This document shows positions 1-14,200 of a stretch of DNA of 64,000 nt, in pieces (within the stretch, counting starts at the first letter, position 1; every line of letters starts with the position of its first letter). A model generated the notes under the pieces. That model was given only the letters and a program-made list of their open reading frames with translations. It was not told the origin of the DNA and ran no database searches. The DNA is from Lytechinus pictus (Eukaryota): contig NC_087251.1 of NCBI RefSeq assembly GCF_037042905.1, forward strand, positions 11,472,001 through 11,536,000, written 5' to 3'. A program made the position numbers and the translations under genes.

Positions 1-1340
1 AAGGAAAGCAATAGATATAACTCAAATATTAAGTAAGTATCCCAAATTGCATCCCATTGTGTGATTTATTCCTCTGAAAAAAAAATGACAACTACAAAAT
101 ACATTCTTTAATAAACAAAATATTCCCCTTGAGTATAATTAAACTTTGCATGTAATACATCAGAATTTACATTTGCAGGCATTAGGAATCAAAAGTTTGG
201 TTATAGTTAGTTCAATAAAATACAAATCTTAATGAATCCTTTTGGTTCCTGGTAATTAAACACAAATGGAACATCTGAAATTGATTGGAAAAACTTCAGA
301 AAGACTTTTTCTCTCCTTTTTGTTTTACATACATCAATAAAGGTTTAGCTGAAAGAAAACCAAATTTTGAATTTACATATGTGAGAATAGCTCCATAATT
401 TATTTCTACATATTATTCCTCTTTAAGAAGAAATTTTTTGGCAGCAATCATGCATTCTTTATACCAAATGATTGCAACCACATAATAGCTTTAATTGGCT
501 TACTGCATATGTCAGTTAGTTTAATGGAAGCCTCTTTTCTGGACAGTGTTTGTGTCATTTATGACAATTATGACATCTAATCAGTGATTTTCCACTGACA
601 AATTTGCTCTCTGTCAATCAGATGCACAGATTTCATTCGCTTCTACCAAATGTCAGTAACATCTACTGCCAAAAAACATTTTCATTAATTACTCCAATGG
701 TGAATGTAATGACACCATGATATTTTCAATAGACTCCTTTATATGTAGATTTAAAGGGGAAGTCTACCCTGGCATCAGGTTGGCTTAATTGAGAGCAAGA
801 ACATGAGAGAAACATATCAATGAGGGTTTGGTTAGAATGTAAAAATTATTTTATCTTCAAATGTTTGATGTCTTAAATGACCAGTTTCCACATGTTTCAT
901 GAAAAATAAATTCTGTAAATTACCATTTTAAGGGTGTTTTATAATGACTGATTGCATGTATATATTTTCATTCTGATAAAAATGCACAGGTAAAACAATT
1001 CCATTTTCTTGAGTAAAAGGCACTCTTAATGGAATTCACGTTACATGACATATGGGGGAGATGTTGATATGTAAATTGCAAATTTCAAATTAAAAAAATG
1101 TGTAATTCCGTTAATCTGTGATGGATTTTCACCAAACTTAGTTTCTCCATACGTTCTGCTTTCATTAACATCAACTTGCCAACGGGAAGGATTTATATAG
1201 CTTGGTTATTTCCATTTCATTTATATGATATTTAGCAGTTGTTAATATGCAGCACACACAATCTTTTTATGTTACTTCAAATACATGTTAATGATCTTTG
1301 CTTCATTATAATCATCAGAGCAAACAATATAACAAGTTAC

Positions 1341-1376
1341 CTTTCTGGCCAGTTTGATTAACAGACTGAAATGAGT
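1341..1376 (-). CDS. CFAP70: Probable 36-nt CFAP70 microexon (DSFQSVNQTGQK)
   Basis: Long T-rich tract ending tttag, donor AAG|GTAACT, symmetric phase 1-1, open in frame. Confidence 0.5.
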
Positions 1377-2097
1377 CTAAACAAGTAAATGAAATCAAAC
1401 AAAATTAACAGAAATACACACGCAAAACATTAAAAAGAGAGTCATCTATTAAGCAAAATATGAATTAAAAGCAAAATGCCAATGCCCAAGTCTCAAAGAA
1501 AAAACATCGCCACCTGAAAAGGCAAGAGAACATTATACAGCAATGGAAAAGAAAAGATAAAAAATAAAAAAATCTGTGTGAAGTATTTAACTGAAGCGAT
1601 GTTGAAAATGATTTTCTGAATCAGATTTTAAAGATTCCTAATTTTAAACTCAAGAGCACAATGAACTTTTTCAAAATCACTGAGTCAATATGAATATAAT
1701 TAGTGGGATATTTTAAGAGCTTAAACATGCCAACAGAAAAAAAAAATTGACAGGAAGAAAAAAAAATCTGGCAGTTGTGAGTTTTATGTAAAAGATCATC
1801 GAATCATTGTTGATTGCCTAACAACTCCTATACCAATGCATCATTGGTATTCATATGTGTTTGATTGTAATATTCTTTTCATTTTCATTTCCCTGTTAAA
1901 CCGTTATCCAGGTGATGCAATAGTAAAACATATTGCAAAAAGCGAGCCTGTACAATACACAGTTCAAATAATGCAACTGAGATATTTGAAACTCATATAG
2001 GTCAAAGGAAAGTAAACTTCATATACATGTATTTGAAAAATCAATCCACTCAAGTAAGACTGGTATTTTTCTAGCATTTTCAGAGAAGAGGATTTAC

Positions 2098-2235
2098 CTT
2101 TTGATGAAATGGACATCCTCTTCTTGACCTGGGCAGCGGCCGGAGGAGCAGGCTTGACCGCTGGTGATTTGGCCTGACTCTTAGAAAGTTCAGTTGGGGT
2201 AGCAGGGATTTTATTGAATGTTGGGACACTGCTTC
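2098..2235 (-). CDS. CFAP70: CFAP70 coding exon 20 (P/S/K/A-rich linker)
   Basis: cacag/GTAAAT, 138 nt, phase 1-1, GC-rich island in AT-rich intron. Confidence 0.75.
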
Positions 2236-5200
2236 CTGTGTTCACAAACATCAATGTGCAATATAACAATAAACAGCAAGCACAAATATTAACATCACCA
2301 CTACTACAAGTCAACCACTAACACATCATACAATGAAACAAACACTATCACTGGTGCAACCACCACCAACAAAATATGACTACCACCAGCAACTCCACTG
2401 CTACAACTAGAAGAAAAGACAACACTACCATTGTTTCAACCATCAATCACCTAAAATCAACTACAAAATCTTCTACACCAAAATAGCACACAACAAATGG
2501 CACCATCAGTGTTACCATCCAAGAAGAATAAAACCAGTGCTATCATAAACATACCACCATCATCCCCAGTAAATTCACCACTAATAAACACCACAGATGT
2601 CATCAAGTACAATTGTAACAGAACCATCACCATCATCACCGCCACCAGTACCACTTCCACAACAAGCAGCAATAAAAACAAATACCACTATCCAAGCTAC
2701 CTTAAGGCAATGAGGGCATTCAAAGAATAAGTTCCTACCTTTTTCACTGGACATATCTTCTCCATTCTTGGATCCATCACCTTCCCCATTCTCTTGGCCC
2801 ATCACACCTGACTGCTGGTCCTCTCCCACCCCAGGGGGTGCGGCTACCTCCTCCTCTTCTTCCTCTATAACATTGTCTGGTGCAGAAGCGGCAGCAGCAG
2901 CAGCGGCGGCAGCAGCAACAGCCTTGCACTCCTTCTGCTTGGCAGCGGCATGAGCCACATTGAGACGTCGAGCCTCCATCAAGGCATACTCTGCCTGGAT
3001 ATCACAGTCAGTACCATCATAGTAGAGACCTGGGAGGAGTGAGGATACAGAGTGATGTTTCAGAGAGCTACTTATTAATAATACTGGAACATGATCTTGT
3101 GTTTAATCAGATATCATACCCAAATTTCCCGTGTTCCAACAGAGTATGCCTGAATTTTCTATAACCCTCGTCAAATTTTACAAATAAAATCTACAAAAAT
3201 CATATTCCAACTTGAAAAGATTAGAATATTGCTAATTGCTAATCTGACTTAACCCCAAGGAACAGAACAATGCAAATAGGGCTGTAAAACATAACATACT
3301 TGGGTATGTGATTATCACTAACTTATCATGCTAATGCAATACACTGTTTCTCATGATTCATTCAGTATATACCAAACACTATAAAAAACATTTATGCAGA
3401 ACATTGACAAGGGCCCTGTTAAACTAAGCTTGACAATTGATCATACAGTCCATTTGTATAACTGATTGTAAATGATTATCAATACAATCAATATTAAATA
3501 CTAAACCTGCAATGAGTCTCTAAGCTTTGTGTCCCATTGCCCCAAAATGACTTCATATCTCACCTAACATAGTCCAAGCTAAGATGCTTGAGGGATCAAC
3601 ACAGGTAGCAGCTTCAAAGAATGTCTCAGCTGCTTCATTACCTTCCTCCATAGCACACACTACCCCATAGAGCAAAAGACCATACAGATGTTGCTGGTTA
3701 ATAGAGATGGTCTCCTTAAAGCACTCCTCCGCCTAGAAGATTGATCAGAAATTTTACAAAAATAAAACAAAACAAGAGTTTGGGGCAATGTTCCATCAGC
3801 ATTTGTTGTCAGAACTGACAACTTTCCTTGCTTTTGAATTGGCTGAGAAGTACAGGTGTCTGTTGCTATGGTAACTGTAGAATAATATCAACTTATAATA
3901 CAATTGAAGAACAACAGACCACTATTCACTTTACACACCAGCTCAAGATGAAAGCTATTCATATAGTTCCTGTATCCTTACTCAGGTTCAAAAGGCTGTG
4001 GCTTTTGTCAACAATATCTTTCTGATAGTTTCATGAAAGAGGTATAAATTTACGTATCCAGACTATCATAATAGCAAGAGATTCACTGTGAGGATTATTG
4101 AATTCTTTACTCCAGATAAGAATTTTTGGGTGGTGCACTCTTGCAATGAAGTGGCCTCTATGTAAGAAGTTAATGATAAGCATACCTTTGCTATGTCATT
4201 GATGTACAGACAGAAGCAGCCATAGTCAAACCAATGATCAGCATCATTTCTATTCCTTGCAATGCGCTGAAAAATAAAGTGGGGAAGAAAATAAAATTAT
4301 TGAATTTATGAAGAATGAATTGTGCAACCTGCTTTCGTTTCATGCTTAAACATCTTCAGTAGATATGAAGCTATTTGAAAATAATAGGATATTAATCTGA
4401 TTTCCTAACATTATTTTTTGTAATACTTAACTTGAATTCTCCTAAATTTCCTTGTCTTCAGGTTTGAAACAAGTGACCTTTGATCTCCTCTCATGAGTTC
4501 TTGCATTTCACCCCCAAAATGGCCAAGTAATAATACACATCCATTAAGATATCTAATGCCTTTTTTCTTCTTACTATTGTTAAAGGAGCTAACAGAGTAT
4601 CATGTGATTGACAAAACTTATAACCAAATCTATTTTTTTTTTCAAACACTTTCAAATTTATTGCATTCAATTCCCAATACGATATCAAACCGTATACCTC
4701 CTGGTAGTATTTTGATGCCAGTTCGAAGTTCTCATTGACCTCGGCCTCTCTGGCAAAGTGCTTGAGCTGGGCGGAGTCTGTGAGAGGGGCGGGTACAGGG
4801 GTCTCATCTTCCAACGAGAGCACCTTACCAATCCCAACATGCATCTGGTCGACCAAGAAGACGTATAACTCACTAAGGAATGCCTGAATAGCATTTAATA
4901 AAGAAAGAGAGAATGGTTAGATAAACAAATATTTCAGTCACTATAGACTAGATCTGTCACTCTCATGGTTTTAACATGGGTCATTCAAGCAAGAATATCC
5001 AAAGTCAATTTTTTTCTACACAAAATTTATTGCAATTCGTAAATCATATTTTGCAGATTTCAAATAATCCCCCTGTCAATAATTAATATCCACACAATTC
5101 AAAACCACTCAGACAGAAGGCTAGATTCCATCCCAAGATGTTTCTTGTCACATTCATGTCACATATTTGCAGCATACAACTAGAAATTTGACGTGTCTAA

Positions 5201-8200
5201 AGGACACAGATGCCCCCGCTCAATGCGATCAGAAATTCATTCAATATGATTGAACTTAATATTGTGCAGAAACCAATATGCATATATATAAGAACAAATT
5301 TAGACCTTTGAACCAACTCGCATATATAATGAGCTGTGACCTTTGACCTGTGGACTCTGAATTCGAACTTAGCCTGTATTTTGGTGTCATCTACCAACAC
5401 ACCCCAATCTTTTTTAATCTGTTGAACATTTCATAAGTTATCATGCGGAAACCAACTCACATATTTAATGAGCTGTGACCTTTGACCTGTGGACTCTGAA
5501 TTCAAACTTAGCCTGTATTTTGGTGTCATCTACCTACACACCAAAATTTTTTGAGTTATTGCGCGGGAACCAAGAGGGGGGACGAACGGATGGACGGGGG
5601 CAACGCTTAATGCCCCTTCCGGCTTCATCTACGGGGGGCATAAAAGGTGCCCCCCCTCCATACAGCACAGCCACAGTAAAACGACACTTTCTTTGTAAAG
5701 TATCTCAGATTATATATGTAATTCAATTTTTCCCAAAATGCCCTTATAAACTAGTAGTACCTACAAATGATTTATAAAGTAGAAAAAGATCCTGTGCCCC
5801 CCCCCCCTCCCCACAAAAAAAAAATGTTAATAAAGTAGGAATACCAATTTTAGCCTATTAAATGACATCCCTCCATTATTTGATTTCTGGAATATATGAA
5901 ATCAAAAATAATGCAGTCCACAAAAAGTAATAAATACATATATAATTTCAGGTATTTTGATACTCGCCTGTAATTCTTCTTTGTCATCAAATGTGCTTGT
6001 CTTCAGGTACTTTTCTCTTACTATCTTTACAACAGAATGCTGAAATGAAATATAATACCAAATAAAATAAAATATCATGTTAAATTGTAACATACCATGC
6101 ATAATTATAAGCTCATTTTCATCAAACTACATACAAAGTGCACATCATTATTAAAAGAACTGTCCTTATGAAATGCTCCTAAGGAAAAAATAATCCATGA
6201 AGATATGTTGAGCATTTCTTGGCAGTAATGTTATACAATAAATAGTACCTGCGAAATTTCCAGAGTAAATTTATTTGTTTTGTTTTTTTCAATAAATATA
6301 CCAAAAAATGATGCAAAAATCAATGGTAACTACAGTGTTAACAGTACTCAATGGCCAGTCATAATCAACATTTTTGTTTTTGAGTTGTATTCGAAGGGGC
6401 ACTGATAAGCTCACCTTCAGTTGTTCCTTGAAGGCAAAGTATTTTCCAGTAGTATTGAGCTCATAGATTAGTTTTCTTCTTCTTTCCTCCTGTGCTGCAC
6501 CACTGCTCTTACTCAAATCACCAAGATCTCCAAACAATCCCCTACAAAATTAAACAGAATTAAAAATCCGTAATTGGGTTGTAAAATCAATGCGGTAAAC
6601 TATAACCAACAATCAAACAGCAAGAATATCACAATATGATATGAATTGAGACAGTGAATCAGCACATAAAGTACACTTTTATAAATAAATAAAAAATCAC
6701 ATACAAAGAGGCCATTTGTTAAATATTATGTTTTTCTAAAAAAGGAATATAATCATTTTATTGGCTGCAGTAGAAAATGATCCATCAATCATCAATATTT
6801 GCATTCAAAATTTGCAATTGATTTCAATCTAGTTTCCTGCAACATTTTAGTGCACTTTTCACACAAAACATCCTCCAAAATCAACTACGATAATAATAAT
6901 AGATATTTATACAGCACCATCTAACTACATACCATCTATTCCTCGGTACACTGCAGCAAGAGAAATGGGTATTATATTGCAGACATGTAACTCTGGACAA
7001 TAATATAGACCTTTGTGTCTGATAAACTACAAATATATGAGCGCTCAGACACACACATACACACACCTGTGCATCAACCTCTAAACATACCTGAATTCTT
7101 CCAGGACAAGTTTGCTGATGCTTGCTACCTGATGATGGAAGTCTTCTACTGCTTTCTGTGCTCCGTTGGTCCTCCTTGGAAAGAGAGGTCTGGGTGGAAC
7201 AAGCTCAGCAACTCTGTGGGAATGAGGACAATTATACAAAGAAGTGTTTCATAAAGGTGTTCCCATAGTTAGTAATGTCTTTACTAATGACTTGGAATGA
7301 AGTGCCAAAATATGAGCTTAGAGTTCTTTTGGGTTTAAAATAAGAAAATACAATGTAAACAGAAAGTCCTTGGATGGCACCACACATCAGCATCCTGATC
7401 ACAGAATAGGGGAGCTATAGCTGGCCATTTCATTAAACAAGTGGAGCGCCTCTGGCAGTCTCACCTGCATTACGCGATTCAACATAGCAGCAGTGTTGCC
7501 TTTGAAAACAACTACAGAATAATTATTCACAAAAAAACACCATTCATATGATAATAAAATGCTACGTTCATTGACCCTAAATGACATTTGACCTTGATCA
7601 TTTGACCTAAGACTTGTGCAAGATGATCAGTGATACTTAATTACCCCTATGTCCGCATTTCATGAGCTATATCCATAAACTTTCAAATTATGATGGCCAA
7701 AGTTCATTGAACTTAAATGACCTTTGACCTTAGTCATAAGACCCAAAACTCATGAGGGATATTCACCGATACTTGATTACACTTATGTACAAGTTTCATG
7801 AACTAGATCCATGGAAAGTTTTAACATTTCAAAAAAAAATTAACCTCAGTTAAGATTTTGTTTTGATTCCCCCAACATAATCTAAGCTCATTGACTCTGA
7901 CCTTGGTCATGTGACCTGAAACTCGCATGGGATGTTTAGTGATACTTGATTACCATTATGTACAAGTTTCATGAGTTAGATCCATAAACTATCAAAGTTA
8001 TGATGACATTTCAAAAAAGTAACCTTAGGTTAAGATTTCAATGCTGATTACGCCAAAACATGTGTGCATATGATGATGATGCACAGCATTTGTATAGCGC
8101 CATGTATCTGTCAAAGACATTCAAAGGCGCATTTGGGTCGCCCAATCTGGGTCGCCTAGAAGGGCACGCACACAGAACTGTGACCCGCAGGTCTCTCCTC

Positions 8201-11200
8201 CCGATGTAACCAATTGGGGGAATGCAGGTGGACCACTACACCGGGTTTCCCCATACTCTTAATCGAATAGTGCAGTGGGTTCTTAACGTGCAAAGGTGGT
8301 GACTCTCCTCTAAATGGGGCCTCCATTTAACGTCCTATCTGAGGAACGGAGTGTTTTCCACTGTAACATAGCCTGCATCTATTAAACAGGGGAGAGACGT
8401 TTACACACAACGCATTGGCTTCAGTCATCCGCCCGGGGTGGACTCAAACCCACGATCTTTGGTTCGATGGGCAGACACTTAACCGACTAAGCCAACTTCG
8501 CTCACTGAGTTATATTTACCTCTTTGCTAACTCTTCCGGGGCCCTCTTTGGTACGATAGGCGACTCCAGCTCAAATTCTATAATGATGTAGCTCCGTGCC
8601 TCATCATATTGCATGCCCTCTAAGTTCTGTGGGGGTGGGGCATCTGGGTCTACCGCCCCGTCCGTCCCAGGGGCACCAAGCTTCATCATCTGGGAGGGTT
8701 GCTGAAAAAGGTCCATAGAATGTGTAATACAGGTCAATTGCTAAGCACCAGAAAGAGTGACAACAGAAACATATAACTACTTATAGTATATCACCCTGAA
8801 GATTGTCCTTAGGTTCTTTACGCCTAAATAACCTAATACTCATCTCATGTTTAGACAATTTCATTTTTGTCTGTTCAACATCTTTTACTCAACAACTCAA
8901 TTTCAGTTCTTCAATTCAACATGAATTACATATTTTTAGAAAGTATAGTAACTATAACATAGGAAGAAGAAAGGCATTGACCCTCTAAGACAAAAATTGC
9001 CTGTGATAGGTACTATATTGTACAGAAATACATAAATAAAATGTACAAAACACTTCCTATTCACATTTATCTATGTAAAAAATAAACATAAAGAATTTTG
9101 TCTCTTCTTTTACAGAACAAAAATGTTACTGGTAGTTCCTTGAAATAAATAAAGGATTTATGCCAAATCATGTAGATGCAGTTCATTTTTATTTTAAAAA
9201 AATGAATACAAGCATTTTTTATTTATTTCAAAGTTGTATTCATACCTTTTTGGTAGCTGCATCCTTTTCTTTTTCCTTGTCTTTACCCCCTTTCTCTTCT
9301 TTTCCTCCTTTCCCTCCTCTGGTAAAGGGAGATGCATTCCGCAGCATGTTGGCTGCCATGCGTGCAGCCTCATCAGCTAAGCCACCTTTTCTCTTGCACT
9401 ACAGATGAAAACAAACAATTATCGTGCATATATACATTTCTTTTCATATATTAGATTATGGAAATGATAAAAACAATTTCTGATCATGCATTATTATACT
9501 TTAAAACAATATAGTTTTGCCATGGCACCAATTTTCCCCATCTCTCTTTGGCCAACAGAATATAACTTCCTATCACAAGTGTAATGTGAAAAGATAACAT
9601 CAGTGAAATAGTTAAAGCCAAAAATGATGATAACTTTTGCTTCTTTTTTTTTCTTTAGACAAACTAAACAAAAATCTAGAAATGAGAGAATTGGCACCAA
9701 CAATTCTGACAGAGTCAAATAACCACAACAGATTGTATTATCACCAAGGGACAATTTCATAATACTATGCAATAACAGTTTAAAGATACCCAAATCATTT
9801 GATTGGCTGATAGTAAACTCATTATAGAAACTGTACATCTGTTATTATAGCAAGTCTTAATGAAACAGGTCCCAGATAAATATATTGTAAATGACACATT
9901 CCTTCTTGTTTACAAATTTTGACATCACTTGGTGGTAGATTTCATCCTTCCTGTAATCTACATTACATTACTGTTGTTCCACATCCTGTATGTAAATTTC
10001 ACATCAGTGGTATGCAAGCGTAATGTACAACCTGTCAATCAAAGCCAGCTGTTGAACTTGTGACCCAATTCTGTTCTCTGAAACTGGTTTAAACCAGTTC
10101 CAAGACAAACATGATCAGAGTATGAAACAATACATGAATGAAACAAATCTCGAGGGAAGCCAAAATATATTCACATGGCATCTCCAACAGAAAAAGAAAG
10201 TCATGAAGTACTGGTATAAAGTCCATACACCATATCGACGATGTGGTCCTCATCTGGCACCAAGTTATTGAGTAAAATTTGTACAATTTTCAATGATATA
10301 ATGTGTTTCTACATCAGTAACATACATATTATCAAGTGCCTAATACCAATCTAGTTAAACACCATTTAACCAGATAGAACAAAATATGAAATTCAGATGG
10401 TAAATGAAGGCAACAAAAATTTACTAAAAATTATGAAGTATTACTAAAAATTATGAAGTTACATTATTTCAATTTTTTTATCTCCACTTACATCATAAAG
10501 CAGAAAGATTTGAAGTAGATGAGAAATGATATACAAGGCATCTTTTGCAATTTTGCAATGTCAAAGCATGTCATAGACTAAACTGGCTTAATCAGGCTAA
10601 AATGTTTCATTTTGATTAATGTTATATCATATTGCATTTTGCAAGACAGTATTGCAATAGTAATTATTATTCATTGCAAAAATGTATTTCTCATGCAATT
10701 TCAAGTAATTTGGGGACTCTATGTATTTCCATGTCTTATGGATTGAAATTTCTGTCTCCTGATATGCAATAAAACTCACCTTTTCCATGACTTCTTGCTC
10801 AGTAAAAGCATGAACTCTGTATGCTCCACGAATCTTTTTGACTGTTGATGAAATCAAATTATTACAAACAGACAAACAAGAGAAAGTGGATGCGAAAGAA
10901 CAAAAAAAAAATGTTTCAGTGGGTAGGAATAGGAAGTGGCTTTAATATTGTAAATTGGTTATACTTGTTCAACACACACAAAAAGTATTCTGAAGCGCCT
11001 ACAGGATAGATGGTCTATAAACTAAATAAGCTAATTAAGAAACAAAAATACTTTTATAATAAAACGGTTTAGGAAGTTTCCAATGTGCCAAAAACAATAT
11101 GGCAAAGAGCCTTTTGCTACCATTTCATAGTAGATCTGGATCTATTAAGTCCTAACATAGTATGCTAAATGTTGCGAAAAGATAAAATTTAGGCTGAACA

Positions 11201-14200
11201 TAAAAATGCTGAAGATCAATGATAGAGATAAGCATATATGTATCATTGTTGCTTGGATGAAGACTAATATACCTGCAGAATGCCCTTCTAATTTTGATTG
11301 TTACTGATTTTGAATCTAACTCATTTTCTATCAGAATCATTTGACACTAACTAATTTGTGATTATTATGCAAGCTGGAATTTATGATAAGATAAATGTGT
11401 TCAATTATTGCAGCAATAGACATTCATGTGTGCCATCTGCATTCTGATCTCTTTCACTCTTAAAACTTTCCCTAAGCACTGTCAAGAAGACCATCCATGG
11501 CAAACAAGAAAATTAGTCTTCGTAAGCATGTGATCTTCAAAATTAAGTTCCTTTAATACATGTTTCAATGGGGGGAAACTATTCAAGGGAAACCAAATTT
11601 GTGGTCTATATAGACAGGTGGAGCTTAAATCAAGTTTGGCTGTACTACAATTACCAAACAAAGTAAGATATTTCTCTTACCTCCAGGATAAAGCAGTGGA
11701 GCCATGTTAATGAAAGCCACTCCATGAAAAAATATAGGATTTTCTTCCTCCTAGCAAACACAAAGAAGAAATAATATCTGACAAATAGCATTCAAATAAA
11801 AAGATGGTGAAAAATTACATTTCTTATTTGGAACTGTGTTTATCACAAAATAAAGTTCATGGGTGAGGTATCTTATTTTGGTTATGACTGTACAATTGTA
11901 AAACTCATCTGTAATGAGTCAGATCTATATGATGATGACACACCACTTGAAATTCTCTCAAATCATATATATCAAGGCCTGTTTCGCTTCCAACCATGTT
12001 ATTGATTTATGGATTGATTGACTAATTAATTTTATTTCTTATAGTAAAAAACCAAAAATAAATACATTCAAACAAAAACTATACAAACTTAAAGTAATGA
12101 CATACCACGAAAGTATATGTATGTGGAATTAAGAGAAATAGGGGAAAACCAAAAAGCTGCAAATTATCTGATAACCATTTTGTCTATTTGGCACTCAGTT
12201 CACTTAAAATATGTTCAATTTCATGACATTCATGAAATACTATAAATCCCTTCCTAAAGGAAATCAATGACTGGAGTAGGATTCAAAACCACAAGCCTCT
12301 GTTAACAGACAAGAGACAGAAACATTACACCATGATGACTTTACTCAATGCCTTTTGCTGATTTTCAGTTACTCTGACGTATTTTATGTTTTGATTGACT
12401 TAATACTTACTTTTCCTTTTGTTTTAGCAGCTGAAGGCATAGGCATTCTCATGATCTCCACCGGCCAGTATCTTGTCTTGGCTATCTTTGTCTGCAAGCT
12501 GTGATGGATGAAAGTATGATGATAGCGAGACTACATGACAATACTATCCTCCTCATCATATCATACCAATACTGCAATATTATGGTAATAAGTGCACTTT
12601 GGCAAGCATTTTCCAAAACTAACATTTATGTACACCTCAGAATATTCCAATACTGCAGCAATATTGTGGTATTTGACTTTGGAGTATATGGACAATATAA
12701 GCCTACAGAGTGATTCTTATAAAGAATATTGATTTTCTAAACTTTTAAGAATATTGCTTGTCGCAGATCTTGGGGCGACTTTAGAAAAGAGGGTCGCCAC
12801 AAAGCATTCAATTGATTGAACGGATTCATCCATTAATTCATTATATATATATGTATTTTATAATTCTGTTCATGCTCATTTTATGAAATGTTCACTTGAT
12901 TTTCACTGTTGTTATATTATTCAGTGAATATCTTTTTGTAACAAGAATTGACAAATGTATACATGCATCTGTTTTAATGGATTATAAATAAATGAATAAA
13001 ATAATTGAAATAATGAATTTTTGAAATTTTATGGGTGATTGGGGCTATGATGAGGGTCAAATTGCCCATTGCTTTCATATATTTCCTACAATGATTGTAA
13101 ACAAACTGTAGGCAAAATATTGAATCAACAGCTCAAATTCTGACCTCTGTACAGCTGATGGATCCATAAAAGCTCTTCTTTCACAGTTCCAATATACTCT
13201 GTTCTTCTCATTCTCTGCTTCCATTCTGAAATCTCGATCCTATCACAGGAAAAAAATAATACTTTTACTGGAAAATCCAAGTGTCATCATTGTTCACAAG
13301 AGTTATGCTATCTATACACATAAAAAAGAAATATGACTACTGGTACAATGTTCTTTTAAGTCTTTAAATCACTTTAGTTCTGTTTATTCTTTATCAAACT
13401 AAAAGTATGGCATAATTTATCCACAAATGACTGAAAAGCAGGACCCAGTAACATAAAGGCTTGTCATCAATTACAGAAAAATGCACAACAATAATCATCA
13501 TAGGCTTTTTTAATTCATAAAAAATTAAATATTTTTATGCAATGTTGAGAAAGTATTGCTAAAAATTTGCATATTGTTAAAAACTTCAGAAATGTATGGT
13601 CATAAAAAACGCATTCAATCAAAGTGTATTTGGTATGCTGATTAATGTGGTTTTTGATGATATAAGTTAGATCATCTTTCATCATAACTTTCTTGTAAAG
13701 ATATTGAATTGGGTTTTCTTTCTTTTTTTAAACACATGGTTTCTCTGATATCAAAATTGTTATTGTTAGGTGTTTGAAATTAATAATAAAGAAAACTAAT
13801 TTTACTAAAAAAATGAAAGATCTTACCTCTTTGCTTGTCAGTTCCCCATCTTCTTGTTCTTCACAACTTGGTTGCACAAATCTATAAAAAAAAAATGTCA
13901 TGAAGCATTTGCTATTAAAGGTAAACTACATTCCGGAAGGGGCTCTGCGTTCATTCCACAAGCTTCAAATAATAAAAAGAAACATTGCAAAAGTCAAAAG
14001 GCAATGAGGCACAAACTAGTCAAAGCAACTGTACACATACTTCGAAATGGGGATTCGCACAGAACCAAACTAATGCTAGGTTCAATGTGAGCTCCTAAAC
14101 ATGACCATTGTCATTAAATATGCTATTTTCCATTTTTGTATTTTACCTTGATGTTCCCAAACTCGTAACTTATAGAATGTCAGATACATTTTTTGACGTA

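Noticed and set aside
1480..1513. Possible extra CFAP70 microexon after CTCTTGCCTTTTCAG
   Set aside because: Good acceptor but no convincing in-phase donor.
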